Shown here: positions 35,976 through 47,136 of the stretch, piece by piece
Layout of the letters: every line of letters begins with the position of its first letter
Position numbering within the stretch: the stretch's first letter is position 1
Source of the DNA: Candidatus Omnitrophota bacterium
GTDB lineage: Bacteria > Omnitrophota > Gorgyraeia > 2-01-FULL-45-10
DNA length: 64,000 nt
NCBI GenBank assembly: GCA_043798375.1
Contig: JAZDOS010000029.1
Location: forward strand, 62,955 to 126,954
Direction: 5' to 3'
Position numbers and translations under genes: made by a program
The notes under the pieces: model-generated
Told to the model about the DNA's origin: nothing
What the model saw: only the letters and a program-made list of their open reading frames with translations
Databases searched by the model: none

Positions 35976-37976
35976 ATGAGCGACGTAGCAAAAAAAAGCA
36001 TATTCGGCAAGACCAAGGACATGCTCATAGGTAAGGCGCGAAACCTTTATGAGCCCGGCCTGTTCCAGAACATATCGCTGGTCGCCTTTTTTGCGTGGGT
36101 CGGGCTCGGGGTGGACGGCCTTTCATCCTGCTGTTACGGGCCTGAGGAGGCGTTCCTTGCCCTGAAGAGCCACATGTTTTTGGGGATATTCGTAGCGGCG
36201 ATCACAGCGATCACGATCTTCGTAATAAGCGCGAGTTACTCTCAGATAATAGAGCTCTTTCCGGCCGGCGGCGGAGGGTATCTCGTCGCATCCAAACTTC
36301 TTTCGCCGTCGCTGGGAATGATATCCGGCTGCGCCCTTTTGGTTGATTATGTTCTCACGATAGCCATTTCGATCGCCAGCGGCACCGACGCGCTTTTCAG
36401 CTTCCTGCCCGCCGGTTTTTATAAGTTTAAACTTCTTGTGGCCGCCCTTGGCGTAATAGCGCTCGTTCTTTTAAACCTTCGCGGAGTCAAGGAGTCGGTT
36501 CTTCCGCTCGTTCCCGTGTTTTTAATATTTTTGGCGACACATATTTTCGCGATCATCTATGCCATGGGAACGCATATGGCCGATTTCGGCGCGCTCGCCA
36601 ATACAACCGTAACCGAGGTCAAGTTCGCGAGCGCCGAACTCGGCATGTTCGGGATGTTCATGCTGATCATGCGCGCTTACAGCATGGGCGCCGGAACATA
36701 CACCGGAATAGAGGCCGTTTCAAACGGCCTTCCTATTTTACGGGAACCCAAGGTCGAAACGGCAAAAAAGACTATGAGGTATATGGCCGCCTCGCTGGCT
36801 TTCATGGCATGCGGGCTAATGATCGGATACCTGCTCTACAGGGTCCGGCACATCCCGGGGAAAACCTTAAACGCCGTACTCCTGGAAAATGTCGCCGCCG
36901 GCTGGAGCCCCGGCCTCGGAGAAACTTTTATTATTATAACACTGATCTCGGAGGCAGTGCTCCTCTGTGTAGCGGCGCAAACCGGTTTTCTGGACGGGCC
37001 GCGGGTACTCGCGAACATGGCGCAGGACCGCTGGTTCCCATACCAGTTCGCCCTCCTGAGCGAGCGGTTTGTAAACCAAAACGGCATCCTTTTGATGGGC
37101 GGCGCCGCTCTTACATTGATAGTCTTCAGCCGGGGTTCGGTGAAATTTCTCGTCGTCCTTTACGCGATAAACGTATTTATTACATTTTTACTTTCGCAGC
37201 TCGGCATGGTAAGGCACTGGTGGGAGGCAAGACGCAGGGTAACGGGATGGTTCAGGAAGCTTTCAATAAACGGAGTGGGCCTTGCGCTCACCGCTTTTAT
37301 ATTGGTCTCTGTAACAATAATAAAATTTCACGAGGGCGGCTGGCTCACGATATTCATAACGAGCTCGCTCGTATTGATAGCGGCGCTTATCAAGCGCTAC
37401 TACTTCAGGACACGAAAACAACTTTTGAGGCTCGATAACCTGGTCCATGTGACGGACCTGGAAAAGGCGGATACCCTGCAGCCGGGCCAGGTTCGGCCGG
37501 AGGTTAAATTCGACCCCGAATCAAAAACGGCGGTAATCCTTGTTAGCGGTTTCAACGGGATGGGCCTCCATACGCTCTTTAACGTGATGCGGTTATTCGG
37601 CGATACCTTCAAAAATTTCTTCTTCATTCAGGCGGGAATAGTCGATTCCGGGAATTTCAAGGGAGTTTATGAGATCGATAAGCTGAAAGAACATGTCGAC
37701 CAGGAGCTGGGCCACTATAAGAATTTTATGGAGCGTCAGGGATATCACGCCGAGATTTTCTCCACGATAGGGACCGACATCTCCGAGCAGATCTCGGAGC
37801 TCGCCTATAAAATATTCGAGCAATTCCCTCGGGCGGTATTCTTCGGCGGCCAGATAGTATTCAAGGAAGAGACTATATTCACGAAGATGCTTTACAATTA
37901 CACCACCTTTGCCGTGCAGAGGAGGCTTCACCAGCAGGGGATACCGTTTGTCGTTATGCCGGTCCGCGTGGATTAA
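35976..37976 (+). CDS. APC-superfamily permease with C-terminal cytoplasmic extension
   Basis: About 12 predicted TM helices in the first ~440 aa, then a ~220-aa soluble tail. Confidence 0.55.
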   Translation: MSDVAKKSIFGKTKDMLIGKARNLYEPGLFQNISLVAFFAWVGLGVDGLSSCCYGPEEAFLALKSHMFLGIFVAAITAITIFVISASYSQIIELFPAGGGGYLVASKLLSPSLGMISGCALLVDYVLTIAISIASGTDALFSFLPAGFYKFKLLVAALGVIALVLLNLRGVKESVLPLVPVFLIFLATHIFAIIYAMGTHMADFGALANTTVTEVKFASAELGMFGMFMLIMRAYSMGAGTYTGIEAVSNGLPILREPKVETAKKTMRYMAASLAFMACGLMIGYLLYRVRHIPGKTLNAVLLENVAAGWSPGLGETFIIITLISEAVLLCVAAQTGFLDGPRVLANMAQDRWFPYQFALLSERFVNQNGILLMGGAALTLIVFSRGSVKFLVVLYAINVFITFLLSQLGMVRHWWEARRRVTGWFRKLSINGVGLALTAFILVSVTIIKFHEGGWLTIFITSSLVLIAALIKRYYFRTRKQLLRLDNLVHVTDLEKADTLQPGQVRPEVKFDPESKTAVILVSGFNGMGLHTLFNVMRLFGDTFKNFFFIQAGIVDSGNFKGVYEIDKLKEHVDQELGHYKNFMERQGYHAEIFSTIGTDISEQISELAYKIFEQFPRAVFFGGQIVFKEETIFTKMLYNYTTFAVQRRLHQQGIPFVVMPVRVD

Positions 37977-38014
37977 TTACCAATATCGCAAACATAACTA
38001 ACAGGGAGGGATAA

Positions 38015-40342
38015 GTGCTATCAGGTCTCACTTTTTTTGAGCAGGCGGCTATCTGGTCGGTTTTAGGCGTCGCGCTTCTGGGGCTGGCTTACGCGCTCTT
38101 TCTTCGAAAACAGATTTTGGTCGAGGATAAGGGGGATGCCCGGATGCTGGAAGTCTGGAACGCGATACGCGAAGGCGCGGATACGTATCTACGCAAGCAA
38201 TTATTCTCCATACTTCCTTTAATAGGCGTCCTGACGTTTGCCCTCTTCTTTTCGGTCTTTATCGTTCCTCCTTCAGAAGACGCTATGGCGAGATTCGCAG
38301 GCCTTAGTGAATCTACGGTCCGGCTTATAATAGGTATAGGCAGGGCCCTCGCATTCATAATGGGCGCTTTATTTTCGCTTTTGGTAGGCCAACTCGGCAT
38401 GAGGATGGCTGTTCAGGGCAACGTCCGTGTCGCGGCCGCGTCGAAAAGGTCTTTCGGCGAGGCGCTGCGCATCGCTTACCGCACAGGCACTATCACCGGA
38501 ATGCTGACGGACGGCCTGGGATTATTCGGCGGAACTATAATATTTATTATTTTCGGCATCGCCGCGCCTGACGCGCTATTGGGATTCGGTTTCGGCGGAA
38601 CGTTATTAGCGCTATTCATGAGGGTAGGCGGAGGTATCTATACTAAAGCGGCTGACGTCGGCGCCGACCTCGTAGGCAAGGTGGAGGCGGGAATTCCCGA
38701 AGACGATCCGCGCAATCCGGCTGTAATAGCGGATCTCGTCGGGGATAACGTCGGCGATTGCGCCGGTATGGCGGCCGATATTTTCGAGTCGTATGAAGTA
38801 ACCATAGTATCCGCGCTTATACTGGGCCTTGCGCTATATCATATAACTCACAGGTTGGAATGGATAATATATCCGCTTCTCGTCCGCGGGATCGGAGTCG
38901 TCTGTTCGATAATAGGCACTTACGCCGTAAAGGGCACCTCTAATATCGGCAAGAGCGGAAACGCGATGCGCGCCATATTCCGCGGATTTCTCACTTCGGC
39001 CGTCATCTCGATCGCGTTGTTCGGAGGCCTTGCCTTTCTTTACATGAGCAAGCTGCCCGGCGGGTGGTGGAGGCCGTTTGCGGCAACAACGCTCGGCGTA
39101 CTGCTGGCCATAACGATCGACCGTCTCACCGAATATTTCACGGGAACAGAAGGTAAGCCCGTCCAGGAGGTAAGAAAATCGATGGATACCGGGCCGGCGA
39201 CCACAATACTTTCGGGTTTATCCGTCGGCCTGGAGTCTTCGGTCTGGTCGGTACTTGTGATTGCGGCGACGATATTCGGATCCATCCTTATATTCGGCAC
39301 TATCCCGGGGTTGTCCGGCGCCGAGAAGGTGACATACATACTCTACGGCGTGGCTATGACGGGCATAGGGATGCTCACCCTTACCGGCAACAACGTCGCC
39401 ATGGACTCGTTCGGCCCTATATCGGATAACGCCAACGGCATCGGCGAGATGGCGTGGCACGATAAAAAGGACGGCGCCACCACGAAGGCGCGCAAGATCA
39501 TGGCGGACCTCGACGCAGTAGGAAACACGACAAAGGCTATCACTAAAGGGGTCGCCATAGGCTCTGCCGTAATAGCGGCGGTTGCGCTATTCGGTTCTTA
39601 CATGGTCGACGTAAGCAAGGTCCAGGCGGCGATGGGGATGCCGCTGGGGGATCAGCTTAATTCTGTCGGTATCCGCGTCTCGGTTCCGCAGGTATTCGTC
39701 GGAATGCTCATCGGAGGCGCAATACCGTGGCTATTTTCTTCGTTCTGCATCAAGGCCGTCAGCCGCGCCGCCTCGCTGATAGTAGAGGAGGTCCGCAGGC
39801 AATTCCGCCTCGGCGTGTTGGACGGCAAGATAAAACCTGATTACAGGCAGGCTGTAGCGATATCCACAACGGCCGCGCAAAAAGAACTGGTGGGCCTCGC
39901 TCTCCTCGGAGTTGTATCACCGATATTGGTGGGGCTCGTTCTGCAGGTAGAAGCGCTCGGCGGATTTCTGGCCGGCATAATTTTATCGGGGCAGCTCCTG
40001 GCAGTGTTTATGGCCAACGCCGGCGGCGCGTGGGATAACGCCAAGAAGACGATCGAAGACGAAGAGTGCGATATCGCCAATAACAGGGGAAAGGGATCCG
40101 AGAGGCATAAGGCGGGCGTAGTCGGCGATACCGTCGGCGATCCGCTGAAGGATACCGCGGGCCCGGCGCTCAACCCGATGATAAAGGTCGTCAACCTTGT
40201 GTCGGTAATAATAGCTCCTATCGTTGTCCAATACAATAAACTCGGGCTTGGTACATGGGTGGTCATATCTCTACTCTCGGCAAGCCTCGTCTGGGCTGTG
40301 TGGCAGAGTAAGAGGTCCGCTCCTGATGTGGTATCGGTATAA
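38015..40342 (+). CDS. hppA: Membrane-bound H+/Na+-translocating pyrophosphatase
   Basis: GDNVGDCAGMAADIFESYEV and GDTVGDPLKDTAGPALN are V-PPase signatures. GTG start. Confidence 0.9.
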   Translation: MLSGLTFFEQAAIWSVLGVALLGLAYALFLRKQILVEDKGDARMLEVWNAIREGADTYLRKQLFSILPLIGVLTFALFFSVFIVPPSEDAMARFAGLSESTVRLIIGIGRALAFIMGALFSLLVGQLGMRMAVQGNVRVAAASKRSFGEALRIAYRTGTITGMLTDGLGLFGGTIIFIIFGIAAPDALLGFGFGGTLLALFMRVGGGIYTKAADVGADLVGKVEAGIPEDDPRNPAVIADLVGDNVGDCAGMAADIFESYEVTIVSALILGLALYHITHRLEWIIYPLLVRGIGVVCSIIGTYAVKGTSNIGKSGNAMRAIFRGFLTSAVISIALFGGLAFLYMSKLPGGWWRPFAATTLGVLLAITIDRLTEYFTGTEGKPVQEVRKSMDTGPATTILSGLSVGLESSVWSVLVIAATIFGSILIFGTIPGLSGAEKVTYILYGVAMTGIGMLTLTGNNVAMDSFGPISDNANGIGEMAWHDKKDGATTKARKIMADLDAVGNTTKAITKGVAIGSAVIAAVALFGSYMVDVSKVQAAMGMPLGDQLNSVGIRVSVPQVFVGMLIGGAIPWLFSSFCIKAVSRAASLIVEEVRRQFRLGVLDGKIKPDYRQAVAISTTAAQKELVGLALLGVVSPILVGLVLQVEALGGFLAGIILSGQLLAVFMANAGGAWDNAKKTIEDEECDIANNRGKGSERHKAGVVGDTVGDPLKDTAGPALNPMIKVVNLVSVIIAPIVVQYNKLGLGTWVVISLLSASLVWAVWQSKRSAPDVVSV

Positions 40343-40345
40343 TTT

Positions 40346-41779
40346 ATGCATACAAATTTACTTCTGGCAATCGTGCTTGTGCCGATAACAGGATCTTTCT
40401 TGCTTCCTGTTGCCGGCCGCATATCCGAGAGGATGAGGAACGCTCTGGCGCTTCTATTGGTCATCATACCATTGATAGGCTCGGCCCTGATCGCCCCGAT
40501 CGTCCTGACGGGCCAGAAGATCACTATCCTGTGGGGAGTTCCGCTCGGATTCGATTTTATCCTGACGGCCGATCGCCTCGCCGTCTTCATGGCGCTCGTC
40601 TCATCTCTCATAAGCGCCATAATAATCCTGTATTCGTTCGGATATATAAGCCATTATGACAACCGAAATGAGTACTACTTCATGGTAGTGCTCTTCGTGG
40701 GCGCTATGATGGGTATTGTCTATTCCGGAAACCTGATCTTCCTGTATCTCTTCTGGGAGATCACTGCGATAACAAGCTGGCGTTTAATAGGGTTCTTCCG
40801 CGCAAAAGAACATGTCATAAAGGCGGACAAGGCGTTTCTCGTAACAATCGGAGGAGCGCTCGCGATGTTGATAGGATTTATCTTCATATACCAAAAGACC
40901 GGTTCTTTTGACCTGGTCGTGATAAAAGAAACTCTCAAGGGCATTCCGATCCCCGACATATTCGTGATGCTGATACTTTTCGGGATACTCTCCAAATCCG
41001 CGACGCTTCCGTTCCACACATGGCTTCCGGACGCCGGCGTCGCGCCGTCGCCCGTAACGGCGCTCCTTCACGCGGCGCTTCTCGTCAAGATCGGTGTCTA
41101 TGTATTCGCAAGACTCTTCATCGTGACATTTTCATACACAGCGGTATGGCACACGATTTTACCTGTGATAGCGGCTATAAGCGCTCTCGTCGCGGCCGGC
41201 GCAGCGCTGGTTGAAACAGACATGAAGCGCATAATAGCATACTCGACGGTGAGCCAAATAGCCTTTATATTTCTTGGATTCTCAGTCGGAAATGAAATAG
41301 GGATTGCCGGCGCTCTTCTATTTATACTGATGCACGGGCTTGCCAAGGGGGGGCTATTCCTCTGCGCAGGCATAGTCGAACAGAATACAAAGACCAAGGA
41401 CATAAGGAAGCTGGGGGGCCTTATAAGCACAATGCCGATAACTGCGGTTTCATTTTTCGCCTGCTCGTTATCGGTAATGGGGGTGCCGCCTTTCGGCGGG
41501 TTCTTCTCGAAATACCTCGTATTCTCCGGCGCGGTATCATCGGGCCATATCATGATAGCGCTTACATTCTTATTCGGCTCTCTTTTAACCATAGTCTATC
41601 TATTCAGGATATTTAACATGATATTTTTAGGCGAAGGGTCTATCAAGGCGAGGGAGGGCTCGGCTACGATGGTATTTTCGGTGGCAGCCCTTGCCGTCCT
41701 TTCTATTATCGGAGGCATTTGTATAAGTTATCCTTCCGGATTTGCGGGGGCTTGCGTAAAACAGATGCTGGGTTTATAG
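40346..41779 (+). CDS. Mrp/complex-I antiporter-like subunit (NuoN/MrpD family)
   Basis: 477-aa polytopic membrane protein with the WLPDA motif of the proton-pumping subunit family. Confidence 0.7.
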   Translation: MHTNLLLAIVLVPITGSFLLPVAGRISERMRNALALLLVIIPLIGSALIAPIVLTGQKITILWGVPLGFDFILTADRLAVFMALVSSLISAIIILYSFGYISHYDNRNEYYFMVVLFVGAMMGIVYSGNLIFLYLFWEITAITSWRLIGFFRAKEHVIKADKAFLVTIGGALAMLIGFIFIYQKTGSFDLVVIKETLKGIPIPDIFVMLILFGILSKSATLPFHTWLPDAGVAPSPVTALLHAALLVKIGVYVFARLFIVTFSYTAVWHTILPVIAAISALVAAGAALVETDMKRIIAYSTVSQIAFIFLGFSVGNEIGIAGALLFILMHGLAKGGLFLCAGIVEQNTKTKDIRKLGGLISTMPITAVSFFACSLSVMGVPPFGGFFSKYLVFSGAVSSGHIMIALTFLFGSLLTIVYLFRIFNMIFLGEGSIKAREGSATMVFSVAALAVLSIIGGICISYPSGFAGACVKQMLGL

Positions 41780-43609
41780 ATGAATATATTATTCTTACCT
41801 ATATTGATACCTGTCGCGGCAGGCTTGATTGTCTGGGTCCTGCCTAAAAAAGCGAAACTGCCGAGAGACGCTGTGGTACTGGTCTCGACGCTCGCTAACA
41901 TGGCTATAGCCGTAATGTTATTTAAAAGAGAGGTGGTTTTTTCTTATCCGTGGGTCGGATTCGGTTTCGAGTTCTCTTTAAGGTTGTACAATTTCAGCGC
42001 GTTCATCGTGGGAGCGGCTGCCTGTTTCGGCGTACTCATTGCGTTGTATTCAAGTGTTTTCATAGGCCTTAAAAATTACTCCAGGTCATTTTTCGCCTAT
42101 CTTCTCTTAACGCTCGGTTTTTTGAACGGGGCGGTCCTGTCGAACAATCTGCTTTTGATGCTTTTCTTCTGGGAAGCCCTCCTGATAATGCAGTTCGGAA
42201 TGATCATACTGGGGGGGAGATCTGCTTTCAGGACCGCTACAAAAGCGTTCATAATAATCGGCGCGAGCGACCTATGCCTGATGGTCGGAATAGCGCTTTA
42301 CGGCTCGCTATCGGGTTCGTTCACGTTCTCGAAACTTATGCCGCTCGCCGGCCTGGGGGGAGGCCTGGCGTTCGTATTATTGATGATAGGCGCTATTGCG
42401 AAGGCGGGCTCGATGCCGTTTCACAGCTGGATCCCTGACGCCGCGCTGGACGCGCCGCTTCCCTTTATGGCATTAGTCCCCGCTGCATTAGAGAAACTTT
42501 TAGGGATATATTTCCTGGCGAGAATTTCTTTGGATATGTTTCAACTTAACCCTGATTCCTGGGCAAGTATCATGCTGATGATTATCGGAGCGATAACCAT
42601 ACTCCTTGCCGTAATGATGGCGTTGATACAGAAAGATTATACCAAGCTTTTATCGTATCACGCTATCAGCCAGGTAGGTTATATGATTTTAGGTATCGGC
42701 ACCGCTGTCTCAGCCGGGATTGTCGGCGGATTATTCCATATGATTAACCACGCCATGTATAAGAGCTGCCTGTTTCTTACAAGCGGCTCAGTGGCAAAGC
42801 AGACCGGCACCACAAATCTGGAAAAGTTGGGGGGCTTGGGCAGAAAAATGCCCTGGACTTTTATCTGTTTTATCGTGACCGCGGCTTCCATATCCGGTGT
42901 CCCGCCGTTTAACGGCTTCTTTTCCAAAGAATTGGTTTATGAAGGGGCGCTAGAAAGAGGTTTAATCTTTTATATCGCCGCCGTAGCCGGCTCTTTCTTT
43001 ACTGCGGCTTCATTTTTAAAATTAGGGCACGCGGCATTTTTAGGCAAATTAAATCCGGAGCATAAGGATGTAAAAGAGGCGCGGATATCTATGCTGGCCC
43101 CAATGCTCTTTATTGCTTTTATGTGCATACTTTTCGGAGTGTGTAATTCCTTGCCTCTTAATAATTTGATCCAGCCGATATTAGGAGAAAGGCTCCACGG
43201 CCATAATTATAGCGGCGCCCCCCAAAATTTAAAAATGGTGATTGTTACGATGGCGGTATTGCTCGGCGCGTTTTTAAATCACCTCTTTGGCTTCAAAACC
43301 AAAGGCAGCGGCTTGAAAGCAGTTGACCATATTCACTATGCTCCTGTTTTATCGGGGATTTATGCGCGGGCTGAAAATAGATATTTTGACCCTTACGAGA
43401 TCGGCCTGAAAGTTTCTCAGGCATTCAGTAGATTAAGCTGGCGGGTGGACAGGGGTATTGACGCAATATACAGTAAGGTAGTGACAGGATTAGCCTATTG
43501 GCTTACCGGTATTTTGAGAAGATTGCATAATGGCAGTTTTGCAACATACCTGATCTGGTCTCTCGTCGGGATGTTATTAGTAACGCTGTTTTTGTTGTAT
43601 TCAGCTTAA
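41780..43609 (+). CDS. NuoL/MrpA-like antiporter subunit
   Basis: 609-aa polytopic protein. HSWIPDA motif. Long C-terminal extension as in the NuoL class. Confidence 0.7.
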   Translation: MNILFLPILIPVAAGLIVWVLPKKAKLPRDAVVLVSTLANMAIAVMLFKREVVFSYPWVGFGFEFSLRLYNFSAFIVGAAACFGVLIALYSSVFIGLKNYSRSFFAYLLLTLGFLNGAVLSNNLLLMLFFWEALLIMQFGMIILGGRSAFRTATKAFIIIGASDLCLMVGIALYGSLSGSFTFSKLMPLAGLGGGLAFVLLMIGAIAKAGSMPFHSWIPDAALDAPLPFMALVPAALEKLLGIYFLARISLDMFQLNPDSWASIMLMIIGAITILLAVMMALIQKDYTKLLSYHAISQVGYMILGIGTAVSAGIVGGLFHMINHAMYKSCLFLTSGSVAKQTGTTNLEKLGGLGRKMPWTFICFIVTAASISGVPPFNGFFSKELVYEGALERGLIFYIAAVAGSFFTAASFLKLGHAAFLGKLNPEHKDVKEARISMLAPMLFIAFMCILFGVCNSLPLNNLIQPILGERLHGHNYSGAPQNLKMVIVTMAVLLGAFLNHLFGFKTKGSGLKAVDHIHYAPVLSGIYARAENRYFDPYEIGLKVSQAFSRLSWRVDRGIDAIYSKVVTGLAYWLTGILRRLHNGSFATYLIWSLVGMLLVTLFLLYSA

Positions 43610-43629
43610 TTGCATAGGGGAGAATCTCA

Positions 43630-45039
43630 ATGTCCCAGGCTCTAATTGTCATACCGTTGTTGAGCGTGATTGTTTTGAATCTGCCCTTTAGGGTCCTGAT
43701 GAAAAAGGCGGCTTTTTGGCTGGCCCTGGTTTTGTTTATCAGTCAGATCTGCCTGGTTATTTTTGTTCCTTTTAATCTATGGAGTCGTAACTTAGGCGTA
43801 TTCGGGACTTTCTTGAAGTTTAACCTTATGGTTGACCCCCTCGCTTTGGTCATGCTGCTTTGCATCGGTATAGTTTTGTTTATTTCGCTTCTGGTGGCTA
43901 ATTTTCTGCTTACCGACGCAGAACAAAAGTTCAATTTTACCAATCTTTTATTGATCATTCTCTCCGGGATGAACGGCGTAGTCATGGCCAGCGATATTTT
44001 TTCCCTGTTTGTCTTTATGGAGATCACCTCCGTGGTTTCTTTTATTCTGGTAGCTTTTAAAAGAAACAGCGAGGGGTTTGAGGCGGCTTTCAAGTATCTA
44101 ATTCTTTCGGGTATCGCTACTGTGGCGATGCTTTCCGCGATCGCCTTAATTTTACTGATCTCAGGGGGTACGAGTTTTCAGGAAGTGCGTGCTGCGATGA
44201 GCGCCTCGCCGCATAATTTCCTGATCATCTTTGCCATAGGTATATTTATCTGCGGTCTTTTTGTCAAAGGCGGACTAATGCCTTTTCATGCCTGGCTGCC
44301 GGATGCCCACTCTGCGGCGCATTCAGCGGTGTCTATACTTTTATCCGGTGTACAGATAAAGGTATTGGGTGCCTACGTATTATTACGATTAATCACCGCG
44401 GTTTTTGGCTATACAAACTCGATTACGCAGATACTGATGGTGGTGGGCTTGATTTCAATGATCTTTGGCGCTCTGGGCGCGTTAGGGCAGAACGATTTCA
44501 AAAGAATGCTTGCCTATTCCAGCATCAGTAATATGGGCTATATCGTCTTAGGGTTTGGTTGCGGGACGACGCTGGCAATAGCAGGCGCTCTATTTCATTT
44601 GTTTAATCACGCGGTTTTTAAATCACTTTTGTTCGCTAATGCCGCGGCGGTAGAATTCAGAACCGGCACCCGGGATATGGATAAGATGGGGGGCTTGGCA
44701 GAGTGTATGCCTGTAACCGGCCTGACTTCGGTTTTAGGAAGCCTTTCTGCTGCCGGGGTTCCGCCGCTTGCCGGATTTTGGAGTAAACTTATTATCGTAA
44801 TCGCCTTGTGGGCAGCCGGATATCGCGCCTATGCGGCAATGGCAGTAGTGGGCAGCCTCATTACTCTTGCCTATCTACTTTCTATGCAAAGGAGAGTTTT
44901 TTTTGGTAAGATAACGGAAGAATTTAAAGGGATAAAAGAGGCGGGTTTTGGATTGATATTGCCTGCCATGATACTTGCTGTGATAACCGTTGCGGTAGGC
45001 CTGATCTTTCCCTTTCTATTAAGGCTGGCGCAATTTTAG
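43630..45039 (+). CDS. NuoM/NuoN/MrpD-like antiporter subunit
   Basis: 469 aa. HAWLPDAH motif. Confidence 0.7.
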   Translation: MSQALIVIPLLSVIVLNLPFRVLMKKAAFWLALVLFISQICLVIFVPFNLWSRNLGVFGTFLKFNLMVDPLALVMLLCIGIVLFISLLVANFLLTDAEQKFNFTNLLLIILSGMNGVVMASDIFSLFVFMEITSVVSFILVAFKRNSEGFEAAFKYLILSGIATVAMLSAIALILLISGGTSFQEVRAAMSASPHNFLIIFAIGIFICGLFVKGGLMPFHAWLPDAHSAAHSAVSILLSGVQIKVLGAYVLLRLITAVFGYTNSITQILMVVGLISMIFGALGALGQNDFKRMLAYSSISNMGYIVLGFGCGTTLAIAGALFHLFNHAVFKSLLFANAAAVEFRTGTRDMDKMGGLAECMPVTGLTSVLGSLSAAGVPPLAGFWSKLIIVIALWAAGYRAYAAMAVVGSLITLAYLLSMQRRVFFGKITEEFKGIKEAGFGLILPAMILAVITVAVGLIFPFLLRLAQF

Positions 45040-45048
45040 GAGCAAAAG

Positions 45049-45543
45049 TTGCTGAACACGATCGATTTAATTATTCTGATTTTTATGATTCTTGGGGCAT
45101 TATGGGTAGTGATGACCCGCAGTTTATTGCGTGCGGCAATTGCTTTGGCTTTTACGAGCGCGGTATTATCCATACTGATGTTTCGGCTCAGCGCTCCATT
45201 AGCTGCGGTTTTTGAATTGTCGGTATGCACGGGCCTGGTCTCCGTATTATTTATCAGCGCCATCAGCCTGACCCATCCCTCAACCCGCGAAGAAACCATC
45301 GAGCATATGGCAGAGAGGCTGCGGAAGTTTAAGTATTTACCTTTTATTGTCGTAGCAGTAGGTATCGCACTTAGTTTTGTTGCCGTAAAACTTACTTTAC
45401 AGTTACCGCCGCCGGAACTAGAAGACGATGTGCGCATGATTATGTGGAATTTAAGGCCGCTGGATATGGTGGGGCAGGTAATCATATTATTGAGCGGAGT
45501 CTTTGGAGTGGTGATCTTATTTAAAGAAGCGAATAAAAAATGA
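45049..45543 (+). CDS. MnhB-like small membrane subunit
   Basis: 164 aa, 4-5 TM helices. Sits in the position of an Mrp/Mbh small subunit. Confidence 0.5.
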   Translation: MLNTIDLIILIFMILGALWVVMTRSLLRAAIALAFTSAVLSILMFRLSAPLAAVFELSVCTGLVSVLFISAISLTHPSTREETIEHMAERLRKFKYLPFIVVAVGIALSFVAVKLTLQLPPPELEDDVRMIMWNLRPLDMVGQVIILLSGVFGVVILFKEANKK

Positions 45544-45860
45544 ACTTAGAGCTTTTGCAGACATTCTGGCCTTTAGGTATTTTTATGATCGTGCTTTGTA
45601 TGATCGGCCTTTACTGTTTGCTGGCGACATACAATTTAATCAGGGCATTGCTGGGATTAGAATTGATCATTAAGGCAGTGACGTTATTAATTATTGTTGT
45701 CGGATATATCAGCCGCCATACTGCCCTTGCCCAGGCTATTGTGATCACTTTTATCGTCATTGAAGTAGTGGTGATGACGGTTGCCATCGGTATTGTTTTA
45801 GGTATACGCGGCCATAATGATTCTTTGGATGTGCGAAAGGTCAGGAATTTAAAGGGATAG
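45540..45860 (+). CDS. NuoK/MnhC-like membrane subunit
   Basis: 106 aa, 3 TM helices, typical length and spacing. Confidence 0.55.
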   Translation: MNLELLQTFWPLGIFMIVLCMIGLYCLLATYNLIRALLGLELIIKAVTLLIIVVGYISRHTALAQAIVITFIVIEVVVMTVAIGIVLGIRGHNDSLDVRKVRNLKG

Positions 45861-45873
45861 GTGTAAATAGAAT

Positions 45874-46206
45874 ATGGATAAGCTGCTGCTTTCACCTCCG
45901 GTTGCTTTTATCATAGTGCTGGCAGTATGTTTTTTACTTGCACGCCTTTTTTCTAAGCTTTCCTTTCGCCCTAAAAGCCACACCGGCGGAGAGGGTGAAT
46001 CTTACGCCTGCGGAGAAAAAACTTATGATAATACAGCGCAGCCGGACTATAATACTTTTTTTGCTTTTGCTTTTTTCTTTACCATTGCCCACGTAGCTAC
46101 TTTGATTATGGCTACAGTTCACGCGCAAAATATGCAGGCATTTGTTTTAGCATTCCTGTATATAATAGGTACGGTTACCGGATTATATATTTTATTGAGA
46201 AAGTAG
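45874..46206 (+). CDS. NuoA-like small membrane subunit
   Basis: 110 aa. GESYACGEK resembles the NuoA xYECG motif. Confidence 0.4.
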   Translation: MDKLLLSPPVAFIIVLAVCFLLARLFSKLSFRPKSHTGGEGESYACGEKTYDNTAQPDYNTFFAFAFFFTIAHVATLIMATVHAQNMQAFVLAFLYIIGTVTGLYILLRK

Positions 46207-46216
46207 GGGCCTTGAT

Positions 46217-46645
46217 ATGGAAGTTGTCAAAAAAATCGTAACCTGGGCAAGAATCAAATCGCCCTGGATCATACATTTCAATACCGGGGCATGCAATGCC
46301 TGTGATATTGAAATTATCGCGGCATTGACACCGCGTTATGACCTGGAGAGGTTCGGGGTACTGCTTAAAGGAACGCCCAGGCATGCGGATATCCTGGTTT
46401 GTTCAGGGCCGGTCACTAAACAGGTCCGGGACAGGCTAAAGAGAATCTATGAGCAGACGGTAGAGCCTAAATTTGTCATTGCCGTCGGTACTTGCGCCTG
46501 CACCGGCGGTGTATTCGGCGGTTGTTATAATGTCGGGGGCGGGATAGATACAGCGATACCTGTTTCTGCCTATATACCCGGATGCCCGGCTAGCCCTAAA
46601 GCGATAATCGACGGAGCAGTAAAGCTCCTGGCGAGTTTAAAGTAA
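46217..46645 (+). CDS. Group-4 [NiFe] hydrogenase small subunit (NuoB-like)
   Basis: Cys ligands CNACDIE..GTCACTGG..IPGCPASP for the proximal [4Fe-4S] cluster. Confidence 0.8.
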   Translation: MEVVKKIVTWARIKSPWIIHFNTGACNACDIEIIAALTPRYDLERFGVLLKGTPRHADILVCSGPVTKQVRDRLKRIYEQTVEPKFVIAVGTCACTGGVFGGCYNVGGGIDTAIPVSAYIPGCPASPKAIIDGAVKLLASLK

Positions 46646-46672
46646 GGATAAAGAATATAATTAGGAGGAGAC

Positions 46673-47122
46673 ATGTCTTTAGAAGAGGGCATTGTACAGG
46701 AATTAAGCAAAAAATTTCCGTATCTTGAGGGTAATATTAAAATAACCCGCCCCCGGCGTTTATTTTTAGCGTTAGAACCAGCCCGCCTGGAAGCGGTATT
46801 AGCATATGCTTTGAAAAATTTAGGATTCCTGCATTTGCTTTCGATTACCGGCCTTGATGAGCAGGATAATCTGAGCTTTATTTATCATTTGAGCCAAGAT
46901 AGCGGCGTGGTTTTGAATTTAAAAACATCAGTTTCAAAAAACCACCCCGTAATAAAGACAATCACGAAATATTTTTCCGGTGCTGATATTTATGAGAGGG
47001 AACTGATGGATTTGTTTGGCGCCGAAGTAGAAGGATTACCCGCAGGCAACCGGTATCCTCTCGCCGATGATTGGCCGGCAGGGCAGTTTCCCTTACGTAA
47101 AGACTGGAAGCAGGCAGGTTAG
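46673..47122 (+). CDS. NuoC-like (30 kDa) hydrogenase subunit
   Basis: 149 aa. Conserved position and YERELMDLFG motif. Confidence 0.65.
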   Translation: MSLEEGIVQELSKKFPYLEGNIKITRPRRLFLALEPARLEAVLAYALKNLGFLHLLSITGLDEQDNLSFIYHLSQDSGVVLNLKTSVSKNHPVIKTITKYFSGADIYERELMDLFGAEVEGLPAGNRYPLADDWPAGQFPLRKDWKQAG

Positions 47123-47136
47123 GAGGGGGTAGTATT